Source of the DNA: Candidatus Cloacimonadales bacterium
GTDB taxonomy: Bacteria; Cloacimonadota; Cloacimonadia; Cloacimonadales; DAONDQ01
Direction of reading: 5' to 3'
NCBI GenBank assembly: GCA_963662275.1
Contig: OY759316.1
Coordinates: forward strand, 4,314,785 to 4,378,784
DNA: 64,000 bases
The position numbers and the translations under genes were made by a program. The notes beneath the pieces were generated by a model. It was given only the letters and a program-made list of their open reading frames with translations. It did no database searches and had not been told where the DNA came from. Positions 8,344 to 17,533 of the stretch are shown piece after piece (position 1 is the first letter of the stretch; every line of letters starts with the position of its first letter).

Positions 8344-10204
8344 GAGACTGTTCATGAAGTTATTCATAATATTCAATAAGTTAGAAAGTAGCAAGTTGAA
8401 AAAAGTGGTCGAAACGGTCATAATTTAACATACCTTCCAGAATTGACAGATAAGCTCTGCTAAGGACACCAAATCACAAGTTAAGCTTTTTGACTAAAAT
8501 TGAAAAACACGCGATTATAAGTAATGTTTCGAAGCCGTTTCTGACTAAATGTGTAGTTAAAATCATATAAAATAGTTCTTTACAAGTTTTTTGCTATAGC
8601 TTCAATGGCATTTGTTACCTGGTAACAAAAGGGAGGATATTATGACAAAAAAACACTCCAATTCAAGAAGCGGTAAGTGTTAGTCATGAAAGTAACCAAT
8701 ACCATGTAAGTATTAACGTACCATTTTCATTCACTTTGCCTGAGACAACATCAAACCACAAGTTCTTAATAGCGTTTCTACGCTTATTAGTAGGAATAGG
8801 CGGAGACAACCTCCTTACACTTCAGCAAATAGCTGATCTGTTTAACTACGCAGACCGCAGGAATGTACATAATTTCTGGCAAGAGTTTGAGCAGCATGGT
8901 CATGATATCCTGGCATATTTAAGCCGGAAAGTTGACCTGCTGGAGTGTATTCCTCAGATCGAGAATTTTGTTATCAATAACCTGCTTTTACCTTTAAATG
9001 TCATGTATCAGGAGTTCATCAGCCATCATGATTTTAAAATGTCCTATACCACTTTCTGCAAATATGCTTCTCAGGTCAATTCTCTGTCTGTAGTTAAGCA
9101 AGCTCAGAAGCTTCTTCTGAAAAAGACAGTAGGCGGTGATGCTGTACATCTGCTGAAACTGCTTGCCGGTCAGCAGAATACACCTGTTATCTGTGACAGA
9201 CTCCTGGAACAAATGAAGACTGCTAAAGGCAATACATCCCATAGAACCGCCGATGCAAAGCCGTTCCATAGTCTGGAACGCAAGAACCTGTGTCTGCTGG
9301 TACATTACCTGGTTGGAAGCGGTATGAACTTCGAGACGATAGCTTTGCTGCTCAACACCTGTAAAGCTACAGTCTCAAATCTCTGGCATGAAATCGCTGA
9401 CCTGCAGAGCCTGATTCTGAACTCAATCGGTAAGTGGAGCGGAAAGATCAGCATTGATGAGAAATATGTGAAGATCAAAGGTATTCCGTACTATGTCATC
9501 AGTATTGTTGATTTTGTGACTCACATCCCTCTGTTTTGTGAGTTGTATCCTGACACAAAGAAAGAATCATTCGAAGCATGTTTCAGAACCTTCAGACAGC
9601 TCTACAGGAAAGATCCAACCCTGATTGTCAGTGATGGCAGTAAATCGTTAGCAGTTGCAAGAAAAACAGTGTTTCCAAAAGTCCATTACCAACTCTGTAA
9701 GTTCCATAAGATACGAAATCTCTTCAAAAGAATCAGTCAATGTCATCTCCCTGAAGACAGGGACAAGTTCTTTAAGAAGAGGATTATGAAAGCTTTCCGA
9801 AGAGAAACGGCGGGCGGAAGGAAAAAGGGTATCGCAAGCCTGACAGCTATTACTCCCCCAACCGCCGCCGAATACATCAAAAGCAATATCATTAGTGATT
9901 GGAGACACCTCAGCAAAGGTTTGACTTCCAATGTCTCTGAACGCTGGAACCGCAAAATCAAGAAGGTGACATCCGGTAGATTTGGACTAAAATCTGAAGA
10001 AACCACCCGCAACCTTGTGTTTTCGCTTTGGTTCAAAGAACTGGTCGATAAAGGTCAACCAATCATGCGTCAGGAATCACTTTTAGCAAGTTTAAATATC
10101 TCCCGCATATGTCAAGAAAATGTGGATTGGTCGCACTTAGACCACTTTTTCTCTGTCACTACCAATAAGGCTGCGTAAAATGGAGGTTAATTTTGAACAG
10201 TCTC
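8344..10204 (+). mobile_element. Insertion sequence, 1861 bp, Mutator-like DDE (IS256/ISH6-related), copy 1
   Basis: 11-bp terminal IRs GAGACTGTTCA/TGAACAGTCTC; 8-bp TSD CGTACTGC (8336-8343 and 10205-10212); appears identical to 47740-49600. Confidence 0.95.
8736..10178 (+). CDS. DDE transposase (Mutator-like); true start probably ATG 8642 via a +1 shift
   Basis: SIDEKYV (D1), IVSDG (D2), FP...QLCKFH (CxxH), TSNVSERWN (E); two HTH-like N-terminal segments. Confidence 0.9.
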   Translation: MPETTSNHKFLIAFLRLLVGIGGDNLLTLQQIADLFNYADRRNVHNFWQEFEQHGHDILAYLSRKVDLLECIPQIENFVINNLLLPLNVMYQEFISHHDFKMSYTTFCKYASQVNSLSVVKQAQKLLLKKTVGGDAVHLLKLLAGQQNTPVICDRLLEQMKTAKGNTSHRTADAKPFHSLERKNLCLLVHYLVGSGMNFETIALLLNTCKATVSNLWHEIADLQSLILNSIGKWSGKISIDEKYVKIKGIPYYVISIVDFVTHIPLFCELYPDTKKESFEACFRTFRQLYRKDPTLIVSDGSKSLAVARKTVFPKVHYQLCKFHKIRNLFKRISQCHLPEDRDKFFKKRIMKAFRRETAGGRKKGIASLTAITPPTAAEYIKSNIISDWRHLSKGLTSNVSERWNRKIKKVTSGRFGLKSEETTRNLVFSLWFKELVDKGQPIMRQESLLASLNISRICQENVDWSHLDHFFSVTTNKAA

Positions 10205-10238
10205 CGTACTGCTAAAGTGCTGTAAATAATATAAAAAC

Positions 10239-10267
10239 TTGACTGAATAACTTCAAATAATTTAAAT
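10239..10267 (+). promoter_or_regulatory. Putative sigma70 promoter for the 10319 operon
   Basis: TTGACT-17 nt-TTAAAT, about 80 nt upstream of the start codon, which has a GGAGG RBS. Confidence 0.5.
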
Positions 10268-10318
10268 CTCAATTATCAGTTAGCTTAAAAAGAATAATCC
10301 AAAAATCAGGGAGGAATC

Positions 10319-10768
10319 GTGAAATTTATCTTTCTTGTCTGCCTCTTTTTTGTTCCGTTTCTGCTGTACTGTGATGTCATGTATGTTCATTTGACCAATG
10401 GAACAACAGCGGAATTCCAGGTACAGGATATTCAGCAGATCAATTTCAGCAATGTCTCCAATGATGATTGGGTCGCATTCATGCCCAAAGTACCTATTAA
10501 GTTTTTAACCAATTATCCTAATCCTTTTAATCCCTCAACCATCATCAAGTTTGAATTGTCAGAACCGTATCAGACAGAGGTCTCAATTTTTAATATCAAG
10601 GGACAACTGGTGAAGGTTCTGGCAAAAGAGAACATGACAAAAGGTGTTCATGAATTGACTTGGAATGGTTTGAATGAATCCGGCAATACCTGTGCCTCGG
10701 GAACTTATATTTATAAGGTGAAATGCAATGACCAAATCAAAGTCAGCAAGATGCTGATGTTAAAATAG
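10319..10768 (+). CDS. Small secreted protein: short N-terminal beta module plus FlgD/Por-type C-terminal sorting domain
   Basis: Signal peptide; NYPNPFNPST...FNIKGQLVK...WNG...SGTYIY...KMLMLK. Confidence 0.75.
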   Translation: MKFIFLVCLFFVPFLLYCDVMYVHLTNGTTAEFQVQDIQQINFSNVSNDDWVAFMPKVPIKFLTNYPNPFNPSTIIKFELSEPYQTEVSIFNIKGQLVKVLAKENMTKGVHELTWNGLNESGNTCASGTYIYKVKCNDQIKVSKMLMLK

Positions 10769-10777
10769 GAGTATGTT

Positions 10778-11665
10778 ATGTATAAAATATTACTTATTAG
10801 CTGCCTTATCCTGCTGACTTCTTTTCTTTTTGCCCAAGCTCAAATGAATGTGCACACAACAACCGGAACCAGCAACTTTAACCTGAATGAAATCACGGAT
10901 ATTACTTTTACCCAGGGAACAACTCCTGACCAGATGATACTTGTGCCGGGTGGAACTTTCAACAATTACACTTCAGATGTAACGGTATCATCTTTTTATA
11001 TGGATAAATATGAGCTGACACAAACTGCCTACCAGGTAGTGATGGGAACAAATCCGTCTTATTATCCCAATGTTACCAATGGTCCAGTCGAACAGGTATC
11101 CTGGTTCAATGCCATCGAGTATTGCAACAGACGGAGCATCAATGAAGGACTGACTCCCTGCTATAGTTACAGCACGTATGGGACGAATCCAGCGACTTGG
11201 CCTGCCGGCTGGAACACAGACTACCTCAATCATACCAATGTTTCCTGTAATTGGACTGCGAATGGCTACCGTCTGCCAACCGAAGCAGAATGGGAATTTG
11301 CCGCGCGGGGTGGTAATCAGACACATAATTATACCTATAGCGGGAGTAATACGATAGGTGATGTGGCTTGGTATTGGGATAACTCCGGTAGTACTACTCA
11401 CACCGTGGGTACCAAGACAGCCAATGAATTAGGCTTGTTTGATATGAGTGGCAACGTCTGGGAGTGGAATTGGGACATCTATGGCTCTTACCCAAGTAGT
11501 GCACAGACCAACCCGCATGGTGCTGTCAGCGGGCCTACCCGTATACTACGCGGTGGTTGCTGGAACAACGATGTCGACGGCTGCCCCGTTTTCGGTCGGG
11601 GCGGCAACTCTGCGACTAGCAGCTACAATAATTTTGGCTTCCGTGTGTGTAGAAATTCCCTTTGA
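10778..11665 (+). CDS. Secreted formylglycine-generating enzyme family (FGE-sulfatase/CLec fold) protein; candidate DGR target
   Basis: PVEQVSW, YRLPTEAEWEFAARGG, NELGLFDMSGNVWEW, RGG.W, GFRV motifs; signal peptide. Confidence 0.85.
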   Translation: MYKILLISCLILLTSFLFAQAQMNVHTTTGTSNFNLNEITDITFTQGTTPDQMILVPGGTFNNYTSDVTVSSFYMDKYELTQTAYQVVMGTNPSYYPNVTNGPVEQVSWFNAIEYCNRRSINEGLTPCYSYSTYGTNPATWPAGWNTDYLNHTNVSCNWTANGYRLPTEAEWEFAARGGNQTHNYTYSGSNTIGDVAWYWDNSGSTTHTVGTKTANELGLFDMSGNVWEWNWDIYGSYPSSAQTNPHGAVSGPTRILRGGCWNNDVDGCPVFGRGGNSATSSYNNFGFRVCRNSL

Positions 11666-11706
11666 TTTTTGTTTTTTTCCCTTTTTGCAAAATGCTTGTA
11701 GCTTGC

Positions 11707-11801
11707 ATTGGTAATGTGTTGTAACTGACAATGGTATTGTCAGATTCCAGTTCGTAACATAAATTGGTAATTTGTTGTATTCGACAATGGTATTGTCGAA
11801 T
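11707..11801. repeat. Duplicated 39-bp hairpin unit (GACAATGGTATTGTC core)
   Basis: Copies at 11707-11745 and 11763-11801 with paired stem changes. Confidence 0.7.
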
Positions 11802-11964
11802 GTGCTTTTCTCAGTGATTACCGTATAACAATATAGGACGATGTTAGGTGACGACTGCTTGAGCTGATAGGTTATGTTCTTTAGATCATGGTCTACTCAC
11901 AAAAAAGCAACGTAAACGAGGCTGCCACGATTCCTGAAGTAATCACCACCGGTGTGTAACATAT

Positions 11965-12064
11965 GATTGTATCATGTTTTCCCCGATGGTTTGTAACCTC
12001 GGGGTCTTCCGGAGTTGCAGGGATACAATCCCAACAACAAAACAGCTTACAAAGCTATGTAACA
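11965..12064. repeat. Dispersed ~100-bp double-hairpin element, copy 1
   Basis: Homologous to 42827-42927: CCCCGATGGTTTG.AACCTCGGGG followed by GGG....CCCAACAACAAAACA. Confidence 0.75.
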
Positions 12065-12203
12065 GCAAAACAAAATTTACTATTCAAGATTAAGGTTGAC
12101 ACAGAATTGTCGTGGTAGGTTTATATAAAAAATGCGTTAGTAAGGTGAATAACCTATATTGCAATAAATTCATTGACGCTAATTGGTTTAACGAAATTAT
12201 GTA

Positions 12204-12710
12204 ATGTTAGATTTAATACGAGGGAAGCGAATGGCAATATTTTCTGAAGATCTGATGTCTATAGGTGTCAAAACTGACACAAAAACGGAACTCTTAATGT
12301 TAATGGTGAATATGATGCATACCAGTCAGGCGATTGATTCAATCGAACGCTTTAAAAATGCTATCTTCGGAAGAGAAGAAATCATGAGTACGGGTATCGG
12401 AAGGGGCATAGCCTTACCGCATGGTCGGGATATTTGTGTCAGGGAACTTAAAGTTGCAGTTTGTATACTTGATCAACCCCTTGATTTTGATGCATTAGAC
12501 CAGGAACCAGTGCGAATTGTCTTTATGATTGCAGTACCTCAATCAGCCGGTAAACAATATATGCGTGTATTAAGCAGCATTTCGCATTTCACTCGGGAGG
12601 AGGAGCATCGGCAAATGATGCTTTCTTGCCTAACGACCCAAGAATTAAGCAACATGTTAAAAGAGATCGAAAATGCAATTCAAAAAGATTTGGCTACTTC
12701 TACTTCTTAG
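12204..12710 (+). CDS. PTS EIIA component (fructose/nitrogen-regulatory type); likely start 12231
   Basis: REEIMSTGIGRGIALPH phospho-His motif; DFDALDQEPVRIVFMI. Confidence 0.85.
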   Translation: MLDLIRGKRMAIFSEDLMSIGVKTDTKTELLMLMVNMMHTSQAIDSIERFKNAIFGREEIMSTGIGRGIALPHGRDICVRELKVAVCILDQPLDFDALDQEPVRIVFMIAVPQSAGKQYMRVLSSISHFTREEEHRQMMLSCLTTQELSNMLKEIENAIQKDLATSTS

Positions 12711-13626
12711 TGTCCTCTTCATCTGCTCACTTCCTGCGGCAAATCAGAAAGCCGGAACAACCGGATTCAATTTTCTAAAAATCATCTATTCTGCTCGAGC
12801 TTCAGCTCTTGGCTCAGCATTTTCGGCAATGGACAAAGATGCTGACGGAATGTTTTATAACCCCGGCAGTTTAGTGACATTACAGGAACGACAGTTTAAA
12901 ACTACTTTTATGAATTATCTATCTGGATATCAAGGTGGTTCTGTCGTCTATGGTACGAAAGTAAATGCGCAAACAGCTTATGGTTTCTATATCTCATATC
13001 TGCAAAGTGATGACATCGAAAAAACATTAGTTACTTCAACGGGTGATTTTGCCGGTACCGATGGTACTTTCGGTTCATCGGATATGGTTGCGGGAGCAGT
13101 GGTTTCAAAGCATCTTAGTGATATGGTGCAGGCAGGTTTTGCCTTAAAGTATGTACGGGAGAGTATTGATACTTATTCAGCCTCCGGGGTAGCATTAGAT
13201 ATTGGCTTTCAGCACCAGCCTGTTAATCCCAAAGTTAGAGTTGGCATAGCGATTCGTAATCTCGGTGCCCAATTGACTTACTTTACGGATAGCAAGTATC
13301 ATGAAAAATTACCTGTAGTGATAAATGGTGGCATTAAATATGCTTTTAAACCTAACTTCCAGGGGATGTTTGAGATCGTTAGTCCTGTAAGTCAGAATTT
13401 ATCAGCCCTACTCGGTGCAGAATATCAATATAATGATCAGTTTACCGGTCGGATAGGTTATAAGACAAATGCCTCTGATTGGAAGAACGGAGGTTCTTTG
13501 GAAATCCTTTCAGGTATATCAGCCGGAGTTGGATTTAATTGGCATTATTTGGGATTAGATTATGCCTATATTTCTTATGGAGATTTAGGATCGGTAAACC
13601 AAATATCTCTTCGTTATCGCTTCTAA
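12673..13626 (+). CDS. PorV/UPF0164-like outer-membrane beta-barrel
   Basis: Signal peptide; FLKI..SARASALG.A...YNPG.L; C-terminal DYAY...GDLG...ISLRYRF. Confidence 0.75.
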   Translation: MQFKKIWLLLLLSVLFICSLPAANQKAGTTGFNFLKIIYSARASALGSAFSAMDKDADGMFYNPGSLVTLQERQFKTTFMNYLSGYQGGSVVYGTKVNAQTAYGFYISYLQSDDIEKTLVTSTGDFAGTDGTFGSSDMVAGAVVSKHLSDMVQAGFALKYVRESIDTYSASGVALDIGFQHQPVNPKVRVGIAIRNLGAQLTYFTDSKYHEKLPVVINGGIKYAFKPNFQGMFEIVSPVSQNLSALLGAEYQYNDQFTGRIGYKTNASDWKNGGSLEILSGISAGVGFNWHYLGLDYAYISYGDLGSVNQISLRYRF

Positions 13627-13635
13627 AGCAAAGAC

Positions 13636-13670
13636 AGACCGAATCGTGAAGGGTTCGGTCTTTTTATTTT
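13636..13670 (+). terminator. Rho-independent terminator
   Basis: AGACCGAA...TTCGGTCT followed by a T-rich tail. Confidence 0.6.
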
Positions 13671-13689
13671 TCATAAATATGAGGTAAAT

Positions 13690-15783
13690 GTGGAATACAA
13701 AGATATTCTCTTGGAAATTGGTCTTGAGGAATTGCCTGCTTCTTATATCATACCTGCCATAGAAAAATTGACTTATTTTTTCAAACAACAGCTTTCTGAT
13801 GCGCATTTGGTATATTCAGAAATCGTTCATTTTTCAACTCCACGCCGTTTAGCAATGATCATTCGTAACTTACAAACTCAGCAAGCAGATGAACAAATTG
13901 AAAAAATCGGACCTGCTGTTCATGTAGCCTACAAACAAGAAGGAGTATTGTCTCCGGCTGGAGAAGGTTTTGTTCGAAATAGTGGTGTAGGTAAAGAAAA
14001 TATTACGATTAAAACTACTCCCAAAGGTGACTATATTGCAGTAGTCATAGAGAAGAAAGGTCTTTCTGCAAGTGAAATTCTTCAAGATCTTATTCCCAAA
14101 TCTATTTTCCAAATTCAATTTCCAAAACAGATGCGCTGGGGTTCCCAGGAAACTTCCTACGCCCGTGCAGTTCGATGGATCATAGCTTTGTCCGGAGAAG
14201 AGATTATTCCTGTTCACATTTTTGATTTGTCTTCAAACCGCATTACTTATGGTAATCGGTTTCAAAAACTGGAAAATAGAATCGAAATATCATCCCCTTC
14301 TCATTATGAAGAATCCTTAGAAAAGGTTTTCGTGATTGCTGATAGAGAGAAGCGGAAGCAGTCTATTCAATCTCAACTTGACAGTATGTTTGTGGGAACT
14401 GATTTGCATGTTGTTCCCGATCATAAATTATTGGATATTGTTGTTGACCTGGTTGAATATCCTACCGCGGTTAGTGCGACATTTGATGTTAAATACCTGG
14501 CATTACCGGAAAAAATCATTACTTCCACGATCAGTGAAAACCAGAAGTACTTCGCAGTTGAATCAGCGAACGGAAAACTGCAAAATACTTTTGTCTTTAT
14601 CTCAAACGGGAATCCGCTTTATTCAGATGTAATACGTAGGGGAAATGAAAAAGTAATCATTCCGCGTCTCGAAGATGCTCAATTCTATTTCCATGAAGAT
14701 ACTAAAGAATTACTTGAATTCTATGTACCCAAACTGAAAGAAGTTACATTCCAGGCGCAATTGGGTAGTTTATTTGAGAAAACTGAACGCATGATGGCAT
14801 TAGGTTTATATATTAGCCAAGAATTGAATTTCAATGAAGATCTTACTCGAAAAATCAAACGTTCGATTGAATTATCAAAAGCTGACCTGGTAACTCTCAT
14901 GCTTGGAGAAAAGGAATTTACGAAACTCCAAGGTTATATCGGGATGAAATATGCCTTGCTGCAAGGTGAAGATCATGAAGTAGCAACAGGTATCTTTGAA
15001 CATTACCAACCTCGAGGACAAAATGATACTCTTCCCACAACAATTTGTGGGGCAGTAGCTGCCATTTCTGATAAGTTAGACACCGTTTGCGGTATTATTG
15101 GTGTTGGTATGTTGCCGACAGGTTCGAACGATCCTTTCGCTTTGAGACGTGCCGCTAATGGCATTGTTCAGATCCTGGATCAGTTCGGGTGGCAGTTGAA
15201 TTTGCATGGATTAATAGATAAATCTTACCAGTTATTACAGGACAAATTGATGACACCTGGTAAAAACAAGGAATTTACCTATGATTTCTTTCATCAGCGA
15301 GTCAATTGGCTTTTACAACAGGATGAAATTGATTATGACATTATTTCCAGCGTCATGCATATATCTTATCAATCTATTGCAGAAATCAAGCAACGTGCTC
15401 TTGATATCAGGTCATTTCGTAAACGTGATGATTTTATTCGCTTAGTCATTGGTTTCAAAAGAGTATCTAACATCCTGGTCTCCGAGAAAGTTGAAGGCGA
15501 AATTGATAAAGAAATCTTATGTGAAGTCGCAGAAAAGAATCTCTGCCGGGAATATGAAATATTATCCAGTAAAGTACACGAATACCTGGGGAAGAAAGAA
15601 TTCCACAAAATCATGGAAGCTTTAGTGGAATTCGGACCATATATTGATCATTTCTTTGAGGATGTTCTGGTAAATGATTCAGATGTAAATATTCGCAGGA
15701 ATCGTTTCAGGCTTTTAGCCAGGATCAGGATATTGTTTATGACCGTGTGTGATCTGACGAAAATTGTTGTGGAAGGTGAATAG
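13690..15783 (+). CDS. glyS: Glycine--tRNA ligase beta subunit
   Basis: LLEIGLEELP, TPRRLA, FPKQMRWG, EFTKLQGYIG, GSNDPFALRRAA, FKRVSNIL. Confidence 0.95.
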   Translation: MEYKDILLEIGLEELPASYIIPAIEKLTYFFKQQLSDAHLVYSEIVHFSTPRRLAMIIRNLQTQQADEQIEKIGPAVHVAYKQEGVLSPAGEGFVRNSGVGKENITIKTTPKGDYIAVVIEKKGLSASEILQDLIPKSIFQIQFPKQMRWGSQETSYARAVRWIIALSGEEIIPVHIFDLSSNRITYGNRFQKLENRIEISSPSHYEESLEKVFVIADREKRKQSIQSQLDSMFVGTDLHVVPDHKLLDIVVDLVEYPTAVSATFDVKYLALPEKIITSTISENQKYFAVESANGKLQNTFVFISNGNPLYSDVIRRGNEKVIIPRLEDAQFYFHEDTKELLEFYVPKLKEVTFQAQLGSLFEKTERMMALGLYISQELNFNEDLTRKIKRSIELSKADLVTLMLGEKEFTKLQGYIGMKYALLQGEDHEVATGIFEHYQPRGQNDTLPTTICGAVAAISDKLDTVCGIIGVGMLPTGSNDPFALRRAANGIVQILDQFGWQLNLHGLIDKSYQLLQDKLMTPGKNKEFTYDFFHQRVNWLLQQDEIDYDIISSVMHISYQSIAEIKQRALDIRSFRKRDDFIRLVIGFKRVSNILVSEKVEGEIDKEILCEVAEKNLCREYEILSSKVHEYLGKKEFHKIMEALVEFGPYIDHFFEDVLVNDSDVNIRRNRFRLLARIRILFMTVCDLTKIVVEGE

Positions 15784-15792
15784 AAAATAGGG

Positions 15793-15814
15793 GTGGCGAA
15801 CTCCGATTCGCCAC
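15793..15814. repeat. REP-like palindrome GTGGCGAA-CTCCGA-TTCGCCAC
   Basis: Perfect 8-bp stem just after the glyS stop, no T tail. Confidence 0.55.
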
Positions 15815-15840
15815 ATGCCAAATCTGAGTTTAGTATCCTA

Positions 15841-16077
15841 GAAAGGTCGATTTTGAAGTCCGAATTTCCTATTACTTGAGAAGCTGTAGTAGATTCGATG
15901 GAAATTTGAACTCCAAACTCTTAGTGATAAAATGTCGGTTTGAACTTCTCTGAAAAGGATTTTCGCTACCGATGATGAAAGATCGGTTTGAAGTCCAATT
16001 TCCCTTTTAGCCGGGTGGTAATTGATAGTTTTACTTGGGAAATTGAACTCCAAACTCTTAGTTCATGTAAAGTCCAG
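15841..16077. repeat. Modular dispersed repeat family, locus 2
   Basis: GAAATT(T)GAACTCCAAACTCTTAG occurs twice; blocks shared with 6525-6735 and 59491-59580. Confidence 0.75.
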
Positions 16078-16104
16078 AATATTATATAAATAAAGTTAGG
16101 AGGA

Positions 16105-17307
16105 ATGATGGCAATCAAACTCTCAAATCGGATAAGGATGATTCAACCTTCACCTACATTAGGCATAGCAACCAAGGCAAAGGAGATGACAGCCGAAGGA
16201 ATCAATGTAATTAACTTTGGTGTTGGCGAACCGGATTTTAATACTCCTGAATATATTAAAGAAGCCGGTAAACAAGCGATAGATTCAAATTTTACACGTT
16301 ATACAGCTAATGCCGGAATTCCAGAGTTACGGCAAGCAATTTGTCAGAAACTACAGATTGATAATGGGCTTGTATATCAGCCAAAGAACATCCTTGTTTC
16401 ACCTGGAGCAAAGGCTTCTATCCTGAATGTTTTAATTGCCCTGTGTGATATGGGTGATCAAGTCATTATTCCTGTTCCATATTGGGTCAGTTATCCTGCC
16501 CAAGTTGAGCTTGCAAATGGAAAACCTCTCTATCTTCAAACGGAAGAAGCAAATGATTTTAAAATCGATCCAATTCAATTGGAAATTTTGATCAAAAAGA
16601 ATCCTAATGCCAAGGTCATGATATTAAACTCTCCAAGTAATCCTACCGGAACAGTTTATAACCGTTCGGAATTGGAGAAGATAGCTAAGATATGTTTGGA
16701 TTATAATATATTCGTAATTTCTGATGAAATCTATGAAAAGCTAGTTTACGATGGTGAAATCCATTATTCGATTGCCTCTGTCAGTAAAGAAATGCAAGAA
16801 ATGACAGCAGTCATAAATGGAGTATCCAAAGCCTATGCAATGACAGGCTGGAGATTAGGTTATGCTGCCGGTCCGGTTGCAGTCATTGCCGCAGCAGGTC
16901 GAGTCCAGGAACATGCAACTTCCTGTGTGAATTCAATTGCCCAGAAGGCGGTTTTAACAGCGTTAACTGAAGAAGATGGGTCGGTTGAAAGAATGAGGCA
17001 AGAATTCTCAAAACGGAGAGTCTTTCTGCGTGATGAATTATGCAAAATACCACATATCACCTGCACAAATCCCAAAGGCGCTTTTTATTTAATGCCGAAT
17101 GTTTCCTGGTATTTGCATAACAATGTGATGAGAATAAAGGATACAGATGCACTAAGTACCTTTATGCTGGAAGAATTCCATGTAGCCCTTGTGGCTGGCA
17201 GCTCTTTTGGTGATGATCGTTTTATGCGTTTTTCCTATGCGAATAGTCTGGATAATCTGAAAGAAGGTGTGAATCGTTTTGCAGCAGGTTTGCGGAGTTT
17301 ACTCTAA
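16105..17307 (+). CDS. PLP-dependent aminotransferase class I/II (aspartate aminotransferase-like)
   Basis: GEPDF, NSPSNPTG, SDEIYE, SKAYAMTGWRLGY. Confidence 0.92.
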   Translation: MMAIKLSNRIRMIQPSPTLGIATKAKEMTAEGINVINFGVGEPDFNTPEYIKEAGKQAIDSNFTRYTANAGIPELRQAICQKLQIDNGLVYQPKNILVSPGAKASILNVLIALCDMGDQVIIPVPYWVSYPAQVELANGKPLYLQTEEANDFKIDPIQLEILIKKNPNAKVMILNSPSNPTGTVYNRSELEKIAKICLDYNIFVISDEIYEKLVYDGEIHYSIASVSKEMQEMTAVINGVSKAYAMTGWRLGYAAGPVAVIAAAGRVQEHATSCVNSIAQKAVLTALTEEDGSVERMRQEFSKRRVFLRDELCKIPHITCTNPKGAFYLMPNVSWYLHNNVMRIKDTDALSTFMLEEFHVALVAGSSFGDDRFMRFSYANSLDNLKEGVNRFAAGLRSLL

Positions 17308-17326
17308 ATCAAGATCAAGGTTGGAT

Positions 17327-17533
17327 ATGAAATACTTAAAAGATGAAATACAAAATAGGTGGAAGGATCATAGGCAGAATAGTTCTGGAACCTGGTCAGG
17401 TATGATTATTAAAATTGCTCTCCTGGTCTTGGTAGTTTGGTTAATAAGCAATATGCAACCTGGGAAAGGGTACTTTTTAAAGAATTTCTTAAAATCTAAC
17501 CAGGTAACTCAACCATCGAAGGGGACAAAATGA
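17327..17533 (+). CDS. Small single-TM hypothetical protein
   Basis: Fills the operon gap, stop overlaps the next start (ATGA), one hydrophobic stretch. Confidence 0.55.
   Translation: MKYLKDEIQNRWKDHRQNSSGTWSGMIIKIALLVLVVWLISNMQPGKGYFLKNFLKSNQVTQPSKGTK

Noticed and set aside
8736..10178. IS6-family assignment from the IDEKYVKIKG motif
   Set aside because: The 480+ aa size, the DG...FP...QLCKFH (CxxH) signature and simple insertions with individual TSDs fit Mutator-like elements better; the exact family still needs an ISfinder comparison.
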